Part shown: positions 15,201 through 28,900 of the stretch, one piece after another
Numbering within the stretch: the stretch's first letter is position 1
How the letters are laid out: each line of letters begins with the position of its first letter
Source: Schmidtea polychroa
Lineage: Eukaryota
Assembly (NCBI GenBank): GCA_044892525.1
Contig: CM097885.1
Location: forward strand, 39,682,001-39,746,000
Length of the DNA: 64,000 nucleotides
Direction: 5' to 3'
Made by a program: the position numbers and the translations under genes
Notes under the pieces: generated by a model
Database searches by the model: none
Seen by the model: the letters and a program-made list of their open reading frames with translations, nothing else
What the model was told of the DNA's origin: nothing

Positions 15201-17775
15201 ACATTTTTCGCTTCGGTTGGAGGGGCTACAAGCTTTAGTCGAATAGCTAATCCAACAATGTGTTTGCAAAGCATTTTTTTAAAAAAAGAAGGGCAGTTAC
15301 AGTCTCCGTTAATCCAGTCATTTTGATCTTTTGGTAAAATAGTAGTCCATGAAAGAAATGCATTAATTTTAAACTCATCAAACGTTTCCCAGTTGTCAAT
15401 TCCATCGTAGGTTTCTGTCAAATCTTTTGCAGCAATTTTGTAAACAACACCACTCTCTGTTGATTCTGGAGAAATGGTTTTCTTCAACTTTGCCCACTGG
15501 TATGACCTAGTCCAAAGTTCCAAGTCAATTTCTGGTTCGGTTTTGATGATTTTAATTCCAGATTCGTAATTGTTGGACCACCTTTCAATCCAATCAACCA
15601 ATCCAACAGTAAATCTTGATAGTGAGACTCGCTCTCTCATAGAATCTTCATCTTTCATGACTCGGTTGTATGCCTCAAGGGCATTGTTTGTGCTAGGTGT
15701 TAGTTTTTTGGCACCTTCAAACCAATTTTTATTTGATTTCAGCCATTCAGCTGTGAAGTATTCGACAAACTCCTTGTTTGCCTTCCACTTTTTCAAGAAT
15801 AAAATTGATGCTTTTTCAAAAACTTCTCTGGATTGACTGAGTTGCAAAGAATCAATGTCAGACAAAATTTCCTGTCTTGCATCTTTTGGAATCAAAGAAT
15901 CCACTTTTTTCTGAACATTTTTCTTCATATGATCCCAGCACATAATCACCAATACGTCTTTGCCAAACACTGCTATGAAAGAGTTTTGGATGCTTTTTGA
16001 TGCATCAGAAATTAATGTGCTTGGATTGAAGGGAGCATTGAAGATTTTAGGAACTTCATTCTTCAATGCAGTAAACAAAAATTTGAAGTCCTCAGTTTTT
16101 TCATCGATGCATACTCCAATACCAAAACAATGAAACTGGCGATTGCGATCTGTTGTACCAATAATAAGAACAGGGAAGCCTTGCCATACAAGTTTGTATG
16201 TAGCATCTGCATGAATGTTGTCAGCGTTTAAAGCCATTTTCAACATTGTTTTGGATGAAATGAAGTACCGGAAATATCCAGTGTCCTCATATTTAATTTC
16301 ATATGCAACAACAAATGCTTTGTTATCTGCTTCTGGAACAGCTGAATGAATTTGCAACCACTGATTTAATTCTCCAAGGCACCATATTTGGACTTTCTCA
16401 AGGATGCCAGATGATTATTCAGTTGTGTTTGACTCGGAAGGGGTAATTTTTCTTTAGACAAATGTTCTAACATTGCTTTTGGTTTCAATTTTAAAGCAAA
16501 CAATTTGTCAATTTCAGCTTTGACGGTATCTGTCATTGTTGTTCTTGTTTTGATGTTGTCACAATCATGTGCATGTCCTGATCTGTATAGAACAACATCA
16601 CTAGTGCTGGACTCGTACCACAAGTAAACTGAGGCTGAACATTGTTCCCCACGAAATTTAACACGATTACAGTGGAAAAACCTCTTTTTCCCCTCTTCAG
16701 TTTTATTTGTCCGAAAACAAGACCACACTTTTTCGTTTTTTACAAAATCCTCAGCTTCATTTGAACTTGCAAATGCATTTGCTCTTTTCCAGTCTTTGCA
16801 AATTTTTTTCCTTCGAGTTTCAAGTTTTAAAACGTGTTCTTCATCTTCATTTCCTGAAGAACAGTATTCTGGAACAAAGTCAAACTCTGAATTTTTTTTA
16901 AATTCCACCATTGCTATAACGACAAAGAAGTATTTATTATGAATAAAACAAACATAGTTAGAAAATAATTTATTTATAGTTAGCATTACTATAGTTAGCT
17001 TTTATTTATTATAGTTTGCATTTATTATTTATAGTTAGCATTTATTATTTATAGTTAGCATTTATAGTGTGCAAATACATTAAAATAGTGTGCATTTAAA
17101 TTGTAGCGTAAATATAATAATCTGCAAATAATTAAAAGATGTAATAAGTTTTTATAATAATAATACAAAATTTTGGGCCCCATCAATCGGACCCTAGACT
17201 TCAGGCCTGTCAGCCTAAAGGTAAATCCATGCCTGGGTACAATGGATTAACATACAGAAATATCTTGCAAAATGTAGAATGTATGGTCATGTCAACACTG
17301 AGAAAGGTTGCACCAAAGGTTTGCGTTGCTTTTAGTAAAAATAAATATTGATCCATTATCATCTAATAACAAAAATGCTTTGTAAATATATTGCAATTAA
17401 TAATTGGTCTTGTATATCAGTAATAATCAGTAATTACATAAATAAATAAAATTAATTTGATAGTTGTTATTAAGTTTTTATTTTAGACATTCCCACTCCA
17501 CAATCAGAAAAGCCAAGTAAGAATTTTTTATTTGTTTTAATAAGTAAATATAAATTAATTATTTATAAATCTCATTTAATTTATTTTCATTTGGATCCAT
17601 TCTTCCTGATTTATTCGGTACTTTTTTAATTCTTTGAACCAGCGTTTTATTTTAGCCATCAGAGGACTTTGTTAATCATAAACATTTTTTGATTGAATTG
17701 TTTATTGGTCTCTTTTCGAAAACCAAACAAAAATTGCACCATTTCAGATGCAATTTTAGTGTAATGTATATTAAA

Positions 17776-17849
<74 letters not shown>

Positions 17850-19870
17850 TTGTTTCAGTAAATAAATTAAGATTGGTCGACTGTATCAAAGATTTATGTT
17901 AATTAAATATAAATATTTATATGTGGTCTTGAATGAAAATTGAAAGGAAATTCGACATAAAAATAGGAAGAAAAAACATTTTGCTGAAAATACAAATTTA
18001 TACTATTTTGTTTATAATTAATGAAAAAATTAATAATTTACTGAAATCTTGTGCTTGTTTATTTTTTATTTTGATATATTATCTAAAACAAATAAATTCT
18101 CATTTTCAGAGCCAAAATCCATGGTAAGCTGGCCAAAAGGATCATATGTATTTATTAAACCACTTCATCAAAAATGTCCAATCGGATTTGATGAAGGTCG
18201 AGTAACAGTACTTACATTCTTCAAGTTTCATCCGACTTTTATGCATATTGTTATGTTTGGATCGAATGACGAAAATAATGCAATTTTTAGTTTTTGTAAG
18301 AGAAATTCATCTATAGTTGAGGAGGGGAAACCAGTTGAAAATTGGCCTATTGGAGATTATTGTTTTATTTTTGAGAAAAAATGTCCACAGGGTAAAGCTT
18401 AATGATGATTTATTTTAATCTTTTTTTCAATTAAATAAAATTTGAAATAAAAATTTTATTTCATTAATTTTATTGTAGGAATGATTCGTCATAAATTACG
18501 GAGTTTGGAACATTTTATACCTAAAAGAGAAAGTGGTGCTTACATGAATGATTGGTCTAATTTATGTTGTATGAAGAATAAGACATTATCATATTCCCTA
18601 CCTTATTTCCCAGGAGAATTTTACAGTATTGTTTTAAAGCCTTCAATTTTCCTCAATTTGTGTCCTTCGCACAATAATACTAGAGTAAAAATCATTAATT
18701 GAATGTTTTTTAATTAATTTATTATTTGATTTTTAAGGTTGCACTAATAGATTCGCAAAATGAAATCATTTGCTATTATGAGAGGCTCGATGAAAGTTTT
18801 GATTTTCCTGATGGTGACTATCTGCTACCCCCTCCAATGAAACCGACAAATAGTTGTATTGATGGATTTAAGCTGGTCATCCATAGGCATACTCACTTAA
18901 ACGGAGAAGATGTAGCGTCCAAAAATTTGAAATTTTGTCAAAAAACCAAAGCTTCTGAAAATTCAACTGGAACAATATTTCCTAGAGGAAATTATTGTAT
19001 TTTGACAACTTCGTATAGTTGTCCTTCGGGTATTTTTTATTTTTGAATTTTCCATAGTTATATCAAATAAACAAATTAATAATTTAAGTCAAATTAAAAT
19101 TATTAAATAATTAAAATCAAAATGTTGTGATTTTCAGATGACTATCTGCATATCATAGTTTTTAATGTTCTCTCCAAAGCTATTTCTAATAGTAGACTAA
19201 TCGACGGCAGGCAACCATAGTATTTTGATTCCTTAGAAACTTTAATTTGGTTTACACTGATTTATTACACAAGGATAATGTGATTTACTCACACGTTTAA
19301 TTTATGATATTGTTTAATTTATTGTATATATGTATATAAGGGCCTTACTGCTAATCCACATCGTTCTTAAAGTAAGCCAGGTGAGATGGTGGTCTTTATC
19401 TTTTAGTACTGAATTATGTTCGGGCACATATGTAAAATTGCAAATAATGAAGCTAGACCTCTAATTCCCAACTCCGCCTCAAGGCGGACAACACTAAATA
19501 TCATATAATTGTTAGAGGATGGGCGAACACTAAAGATTCTGAAAATTAAATATTACATGGTGGATGCAGATAAATACTGAATAAACATACATATGGAGAA
19601 AAATCAATAATGATAATATCTATGTGATGAAAGGAATAAACATTACTGTATATTGACTTGTGATAATAACTTATTATTAACAATTTGGATGTGATTAATC
19701 AACTTATTTATTTATGTCATTATATATTTCGTTTTTATTGATTTATTGGTTCTTGGTGATATCTTATATTAAAAGATAAACCCATTTACAATTTTATTTA
19801 AAGTTATGAATAATACTAATATATTCTTATTTTAATTTTCTGAGCGTTATTATTATTTGTTATTATAATG

Positions 19871-19945
<75 letters not shown>

Positions 19946-22900
19946 GTTATTATTATTGTTATTATTATTGTTATTATTATTATTGTTATTATTGCACATT
20001 TACACGATTCGACAGAGAAACACCTGCCAATGAATGAATTGAAAAGAGAGAGTTGATTTTTCTGTTGCTTTTTTCTTTAATGACCAACAGTGAACGGCAA
20101 ATTCCTGCTTATTGAAATCAATGTGCTTTATTTGTTTTTCTTCTGCACTTAGTTGAGGATTGTTTATTTTGTTTTTTATTGCAATAAGTGCACATTATTT
20201 TTAAAACAGAAATTTTGTTTTAACAGAAATGTTTATTGACATTCGAAATGTAGTGTCAACAGGGATTTTATATATAAGTCGATTAAAATTCATATTTATT
20301 AGAATTTCAATATTATTATTTAATTAAGAATTTAATATTTTTTTTATTTAAATAAATCAAATAAACTTAATATTTATTATTGAATTTATATAAATTAATG
20401 AAAAAAATAATTTTATTGAATTTTGCATAAAATAGTTTATTAGCTACCGTGCATTTGCTGTTTATAACATCCATAAATCAAGCAATTTTTAAATAATTTA
20501 TTTAAAACAAAAGTCAATATTTTTCTCTATTATTCTAACAACTGATATTTTTGAGTTATTTTAAATATAAAAGATCGATATTTTCAGAAGGACAGATTTC
20601 ATTCATTATACTTAATTTATTATTTTTAAATTAATAAAACATTTGACATTTGATATCATACATTTAAAATTTTAATTTTGAAATCCTATTCTAAAAATAT
20701 TTTACATAATTAATCTTTAAAAGTTAATATTTAAATTATAAATGTATAGCTTTTAAATAATGAGATATTTATAATTTAATTTGCATGTTCGGGTTCCTAA
20801 TCAGCCATTAATTTACGTTAGAAAGTCACCTTTAGGTACTATTAAATTTGGAATTATAATAACATATTTGTCTTAAAATTGTTCTTTGAATAAATTGTCA
20901 AAAATAGTTCCCTGACTATATTCTACGCCAGCGGTTCTCAAAGTGTGCTCCGCGGAGCCCTGGGGTTCCGCGAGGTACCTCAAAGGGCTCCGTGAATTAT
21001 AAATTTAAAATCGCTAAAAATTATTATTAATTTACATATTAATTTATTTATTTCTATAAATTACTTATATATACATTATTAAGCGAGTTTTAATTATTAT
21101 TTTTTTTATCTGCAACTTATTAAGTATGGATCGTTGGCTTATCAAAGGTACATCGAAAGATACAGGATCGCAGCAATCAGCTGGACCGTCTACATCCAAA
21201 AACATTGAAAATGAAACAACAGTGGAAACTTGCATAAATCCAGAAAAAGAAGTATCTGCTGCCACTACGAGCATATTACGTGAACCAGCCACTAAGAAAA
21301 GGAAATATGATGAAAGCTACCTGTCTCTTGGTTTTGTAGATGCTAACAATGTGCCTCAATGTGTCTTATGCAGCAAGCTTTTTCCAAATAGTGCTATGGT
21401 ACCCGCTAAAATGCGTCGCCATTTGGAAACCGTACATCCAGAGTTTAAACATAAGAAAGTTGATTATTTTATGCGTATGCGTGATGAACTCTTAAAGCGC
21501 CAAAGCCTAATTGTTTCAACATTTAAAACTAGCAATGAGAAGGCCACTGAAGCATCATATATTGTCAGTTATCGTATTGCATTGGCAGGCGAAGCTCATA
21601 CAATAGCTGAGACATTGATCAAGCCTTGTGCAGTCGATATCGCTAAATGTATACTTGATGAAACGTCGGCAAAAGAAATCACTAATGTGCCACTATCCAA
21701 TGACACGGTAGCTCGTCGAATTAAAGATTTAGCAGCCAATGTAAGGGCTGAATTGATATCTCGTCTGCAATGTTGTAATTTTTCTCTGCAAATGGACGAA
21801 AGCACAGACGTAGCTGGACTTGCAGTCTTGCTTGTATTTGTCCGATATCAGCATCTAAATTTGCTTGAAGAGGATCTACTTTTGTGTCAACCATTGCCAA
21901 CCGATACAACTGGTGCCGAAATATTTAAAATGGTGGATAACTTTTTGAATACTCATAACTTAGATTGGAAAAACTGTGTTGATATCTGCACTGATGGTGC
22001 AAAGGCAATGGTAGGAAAAACTGCTGGCGCTGTCGCAAAAATCAAGAACTTAGCACCAAACTGCACAAATAGCCACTGTATTCTTCATCGCCAAGCACTT
22101 GCTGTAAAAAAAATGCCATTGGGACTTAAAAAGGTCCTTGACGAGTCTGTAAAGATTATAAATTTCATAAAATCGCGACCATTACAAACTCGGCTTTTCA
22201 AGATTCTATGCGAAGATATGGGCAGCCTTCATAAAGCTTTACTGCTCCATACCGAAGTACGATGGCTGTCTCGAGGGAAAGTACTTGTTCGACTATTCGA
22301 GCTACGTTCCGAATTGGGCTCCTTTTTCATGAACAACAGGATGGACTTACAAGAAAGATTGACAGATAAACTATGGTTGTTTCGACTTGGATATCTCGCC
22401 GATATTTTTTCAAAGATAAATAAAGTGAATATGTCACTTCAAGGAAAACAAGTAACAGTGTTCACAGCCAATGATAAGATTCAAGCTTTTAAAAAGAAAT
22501 TGGAATTATGGATCTCTTGCATTCGCTCTCGTGAACTAGATAGCTTCACAATACTTAAGGATTTCTGCGATGAAATTAATGGAGACATTGATGCAAGTGA
22601 CCTTATTATGTTGTGTGATGAAATTTGTCAACATTTGGAAGAAATTCTAAACTCGGTCAAGCAATATTTTCCAAATGAAGAGAATGAAAAGCTTAAAAGT
22701 TATACATGGATTAGAACCCCATTCATAGTGCAGAAAAGGCCAGAAAAATTCACAGCTAAGGAGTACGAAATTTTCATTGACATGATATCAGATTCCTCAC
22801 TGCAGCTCCTATTTGAAAAACTATCTTTGCCAGAATTTTGGTGTACTTTGAGAGAAGAATATGCAGATTTATCAATTCAAGCTGTTAAAATACTTCTTCC

Positions 22901-25900
22901 TTTCGCTACAACTTATCTGTGCGAATCTGGATTTTCTTCGTATGCTGCAACAAAAACAAAATATCGCAATAGACTCGATGCAGAAGCTGATATGAGGATT
23001 CAACTGTCCTCTATAAAGCCAGACATAAAACAATTATGTCAAAAAAGGAAACAAGTCCATCCGTCCCACTAGCAATGTTTGTTTTTTGTAATATTTTGTA
23101 ATTATTTTCCGATAAATAAATGATTCAATTGAAGTACAAAAAATTTAAATCTTTTTTTATTTATAAATATATATATAAAAATATATATACTCTTCGATGT
23201 TAGATCATCGAGTGGCATACACATAATTAGTGAACCAATGGGGTTCCGTGGAAATCTATATGGCTTTGGAGGGCTCCGCGGTTCAAAAAGTTTGAGAACC
23301 GCTGTTCTACGCATTTCAATCTTGATCATCAAAGATTTATTATATTTTCAATTTAATTCAAAAATTTATTTAATTAAATTTTTGATTTATAGTTATAATA
23401 AAAATAAATGAAAATAAAACAGATCAAAACAAATCAAAACAGATCAACAAAATTATGGAATTTTATTATTTTAAATTTTTATAATTATTTTCAGTACAAA
23501 ATTTCTATCGAATGGATTAAAATAAAATCTCTTTATTTAAAATTATGATTTAGCTCAATTTACAATCCAGTCAGTGCTGACAATTCCTAATTTTCACTTC
23601 GATAAGCCGCCTTACCGGTTCAGTCGGTATTTAGCTTGCTGTCAGAGCGATGATAAAATTATATCAAATTTGGTCAGTACAAAGGTTCCGATGAATCTTT
23701 ACGGAACCTCCAAATGTAGTTATATTGATGGATTGGTAAACGTAAAGTTGGTTGAAGTGCCCACAATATTAATTCAACAAAGCGACGTTGAAAAGCCACC
23801 TTATGTGAGAGGAGAAAAGAAAATTAGAATTTGTAAATATGATCAAACTAATGTCTGGAGCTATGGTAAGGACTGTTGATAATAATAATTTTAAATGATG
23901 ATTTCTTAGTAAAATGATGAAGACTAACTTTATTTTGGAAGGTTCTTATAAACACCAAAAAGTTTATTTAGCTCTATATTTTAAAAATTTGCAGAGATAA
24001 AATTAAATAAATCGATAAGAAAAACTAAAACACTATTTTGTGAATTTTCGCCAATTTTTCCCATAATACTGTAAAAATGAAAAGAATTGGAAAGAATAAT
24101 ATAAAAAAAGTAAATTTAAGCTAAAAGTAAAATTTAAAACTTACTTTAAATTGAAAAAAAATCCAAATTTTATCCATAATATGACAATTTAATATTTTGA
24201 AAAAAATAATTTTTCAGAAATTATACGTCATATGTTTGTTTGCACACCGCCCTGTTTCACTGGACAACACTTTATATAATTTAAAATATCAATAAATTTT
24301 ATAATATACTGAATACACAAACTTATCCGTGTTGAAAATCTTGTTACGCTAGATAACTTTATTATAATATTCTAACTTGGCCAGAGAAATAAATATTCTC
24401 TCTCATCACAAAATTCAAAATATTTTTAAAAACTTTTATAATTTACTAATTAACTTAAATCATTTTTTTTAGAAATTACATGCCTATAAAGCATGTCTTA
24501 ATAATTAAAAAAAATTTATTAAAATTAATTATAAAATTTTATTTAAATTTATAGAAAATGGTATATATAAATTAAATTTAAAGTGTTAAAGTAAAATGCC
24601 CAATAAAAATAAATTAATTCAAAGTGTGTGACAGTCCAACACACACTACATATTTACACCTTAATCCGAAATATAAAAGTCTCTATAATGTACGTTGGTG
24701 TGTTCATCAGTCAATGACTCACCATTTATGAGAATGTGAAGTTATTTACTTCATTTCATGTATTCAATTTTACAAGTTTTTTTAATTTAAGTAACTTTTA
24801 AGGTTTGAATTTTGATTTTATATAATTATGAGATCATTATTCAAGCTCTTGAATGTTACTTGTAGTCAAAATTTTGATTATAAATTATTTTTAATTAATT
24901 TTCAGGGTATTTTTTAGGATTTTTATGACATTTTTTGAATTTATTTGGAATTATTTCGATAAAATGTAAGTTAGATATATTTTTAACTTTAAATAAATTA
25001 AGAAATCACGTAACACATTTATTTCTTTAAGACAATTAAGAAAGAAGCGGCGTAGTTTTTTAAGTTTTTGTAATCTTCTTTCTCCAGCTCATTGATGTGG
25101 CGAATTTTGTCATTTTATGTAATTCTATGAAATTATTATTTTTTATACAAGTTATAAATTCATACAAGTTACGATTTTGGAATTTTTTTCTGCAAATCCA
25201 AAGATGTCGATGGACTTTTGTTGAATATTAGAAATTCTATTAACTTATTGAATGAAAACGGCTGTATTACATTAAAGCAGGTGTTTATTAGAACATCCTG
25301 AGATTGTTTGACATTTACGTACACCTGGTTTTGTGAAATAAAGTCGTCTATAATACGGGTTGGTGTGGAAATCAATAAAGGGCTCATAATTTGTCAGTAA
25401 TTATCTTTTTCAAATTATGAATTGACAAAATTTGGTTGTTTATTGGAATTTTTACAATTTAAGGTAAGTTTTAATAATTTTTTTACTTTTTTTATATTAT
25501 TCTTTCCACTTTTCATTTTTTATGCATTTTTGAAGAGAACGGTAAATATTCATGATATATGGTTTATTAGGATATCATACAGTCTTTTTGAGGTTTATCT
25601 TTAAATTTGTAAATTATAGGGCTAAATAAACTGTTTATTACTGAGAACCTCCCAAAAGGAAATTAGTCCTTATCACTTACTATTTAATCTTTATTTCCTC
25701 GACAACTCATACTTTTTTAATCGAATTCAGTAGTGTCTTCGATATTAAATTTTTATTTGTCATTATTTCAAATAATAAAATTTTAAAATGACTTTATTCT
25801 AAACAACAAGAACACATGCCGAACGTCTACTGGTCTCTCTTAATACTTTTGTGTATTCAATTTATTTTTTCCACCATTTTCTATATTAATGATCTTATTC

Positions 25901-28900
25901 CATGCAACATTAAAATCTTGCAAATAGGTAAGTTTGTGTGTTTCGATAATATAAGCTTATCGATTTATGTTCTACTATAAATGACTTTATTCCATGAAAC
26001 CAGGTGTATTATAAAATATTATTTCCTTTTCTTATATTTAAAATTAATAGAAAATAAAAGAATTAAAAATTTAATTTAAAACTGAATTTTTTGAAAATTG
26101 GCAAAATTGTTTCAGTTTTTATATATTCTTATCATCACTCTACAAAGTGGAATTTTATAAATAAAGTCAAGGAAATCATATTTCTTTATTAATGGGTATT
26201 TTATTTTAAAAAATACAGATCACTCATTGCAAACACCTATGATATCCCCAAAGTACAGTTCTTTTTATTGGTGACTCTTGAAGTCTGCAATACCTCCAAC
26301 GCAGTATTGATTCATGACCTTTATTCAATAAAATAATTTAAACTTGCATTAATTGGTTCAGAAACTCGATGTCATTGCCATCCAAATGCTACCTGCTTCT
26401 TGTCTCTAGACCAGAAAAATTGTAATTGTAGACCCGGTTTTATTGGAGATGGAGTTGAGATTTGCACAAAGGTTACTAATGAGACTGATCAATGTGGAAA
26501 TGCATGTGATAAAAAAATGGCATTTTGCAATAAGACTCAAACAATGGTAATTTTTGCTAATTAGATTTTTAGATTTAGAGTTTTTAACTATTAATCTCAA
26601 TATTTAAAAATTTGTTTTTGTATTGAAAAATATAACTAAAATTTAATTTTAAAAATAATTTGTTTTAATGAATTCTTTGAAACTGATAAATTATACAGTT
26701 AGAAATTTATTCGTAATATTTATAACAAATGCCCTTATCAAATTATAAACAATAATGTTGTCGAAAATCGTTAGAAAAAGAGTAATCCGTGATTATGCTC
26801 AGGGTTTGCAGGTATGAAAAATCGGAGATCAGGAAGAGTAAAAACTTGGAAAATAGTTGGTTGACAGAGAGTGGAGAAGAAAACACTTTGTTGATTTGCG
26901 AATAGTTACAGAAAGACTTCTTTTAACTAATTCGAATTAAAAAGGACAAACATTTAGTATTACATAGTAATTGGCATCTAATAAGTTTAATAATAAAAAG
27001 TGAAACCTTGAAGTACTCACATTTATTTTTATTAAAAAATTAAATGACGTTATTATACACCTGGTTTTTTATTTATCTGTACAATTTAATCATATTATGA
27101 GATAGTGAAAGATATATTAAACAACCATTGTACTCAATGAAATTGGTCAAAACGAGTTAGATTTGGTATAGTAGAAATTAATTGCAGCTAAGTAATATGT
27201 GGATTTACCATTCAATTGAGCTACTGAAGAGTTTGAACTCGACTAAAGAGAAGAACTTGAAAATACGTATAAACAAGTCTGCGCCAAGGATGCAGCATTG
27301 TAAGAACTAAATTACAAAGTTTTCAAATTATAGATTAGTCGGATTCCTGGTATTGAGACTTCTGGCGGAGAGAGTAACTTAGTAGATCGGACTGCAAAGA
27401 CATCTAGAAATTCTGGGAATTCTCTTTTAAATCGGGATGTCTAGAAATATCATTGGAGAAATATTTTATCTTTATAGAAATTTAAACAGGCTACTTTCTC
27501 CAATGGTCCATTATAAATTTGAACCCTTTTTCAAAATTTGTGAACCCGAAAATCATTTCCATGTATTGAACAACCAGAGACTCCTGGACGCATCATTTGA
27601 ATCATATGGTCGAGAGACACGATGCATAAATCCACATTTATCAATCGCATATGTTTATTGTAATGTTTACTAGAAACATTGTCATAAAAAAGATAAAACT
27701 AATGACATCAGGACAATATCCTCCCAGCTAAACAGGTTCAGTAGTTACTAAACTTTTATTTATTAATACTTGTTACATTTAAAAAACATGTTTTATAGTT
27801 GTAGTTTGTTTCTAAAATGCCATTTAGTTATTACTATATACATATTTTATTACAATTTACTATTTAATAAACAATTAATAAATAATTAATTAACTAAACA
27901 ATAATTTAATTAAATAATTAATTTATAATTACTAGTTAATAAGCTACAATATCTTTATTATTATATACATACTAAAATATATGCATTATTAACAAGAGTT
28001 GGGGTATTTGTCCAAGGGGATATTGTCCGGGGGATATTGTCCTAGTGGTTTGGGCCGTAGAACTCTGACTTGAAGTGATCAAATATTCTATTGATTCTAG
28101 TATAGGCAGCCCTCAAATAACGCGGTAATCGAGTTTTTGTTTTTGAAAATTCCTTTTCTTTTTTCTAACAATGATTAAATAATTTGGAATATAATTTGTA
28201 AACATTTAATATTTTCAAAAATTTGTTTCAGGAAAGGCTGTTTTTTAATCACCAGAATATTTGAATGATTTTCCAAAATTTCGTATTTTATAGCATCGGC
28301 ATTTTGAGGCGAATGTTTTACACTCTTATATATTTGGTATTATTTATACTGGCACTAAATTCTTCTAAAATATTATGCGTCGCGAAATCTAGATTTTTTT
28401 GTTATATTATAGGAAACGGTTCTCAGTGGTGTTTGGTGTATTATAGCACACACACACACCATTCCCACATTATTCATTACACACTAACATATACATTGTG
28501 TGTTTGATAATTGATATTATGAAATTTTAACAGAACTCTATAAAAACATGCAAGAAAATTTAGAGATAGCAGTTAAATAAAGCTACCAAGCTAAAAACTT
28601 ACAAAAATAAATTGATTACTTAATCAAAATAAAATATTATATTATCAAAATAATTTGTTAGTACTCTGGTTTCAAATTAAAATAATTATTTTTTAGAATA
28701 TTTACTATTGTAACTATGGATAATTCACTTTAGGATTCCTATTCGTGCTATTGCCGAGAGGGGTATGAAGGAAATGGATTTAAATGCAAACCGAGTTGCA
28801 ATACAAGAAGTTGCAACATATTTAGTCGTTGTATTGTAGACTCTTTAGGTTCTTTTTGCATCTGTAAATCTTTTTAATAAATATCTAGGATCTCATTGTG

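Larger units (their letters stand above)
14266..17235. mobile_element. hAT-type MITE (about 580 bp) interrupted by a MULE
   Basis: Ends CAGAGCCGGATTTAC / GTAAATCCATGCCTG; 8-bp TSD GGTACAAT at 14258-14265 and 17236-17243. Confidence 0.82.

Noticed and set aside
19868..20056. Poly-Ile ORF (also the IYIY ORFs at 17659-17889 and 61504-61722)
   Set aside because: Translations of microsatellites.
21065..21909. Short antisense ORFs within the Buster transposase (likewise within the Gypsy, BEL and MULE ORFs)
   Set aside because: Shadow ORFs of real coding strands; no independent motifs.
27709..28044. Inverted GGACAATATCC motifs suggesting a MITE
   Set aside because: No TSD and termini undefined; family cannot be assigned.
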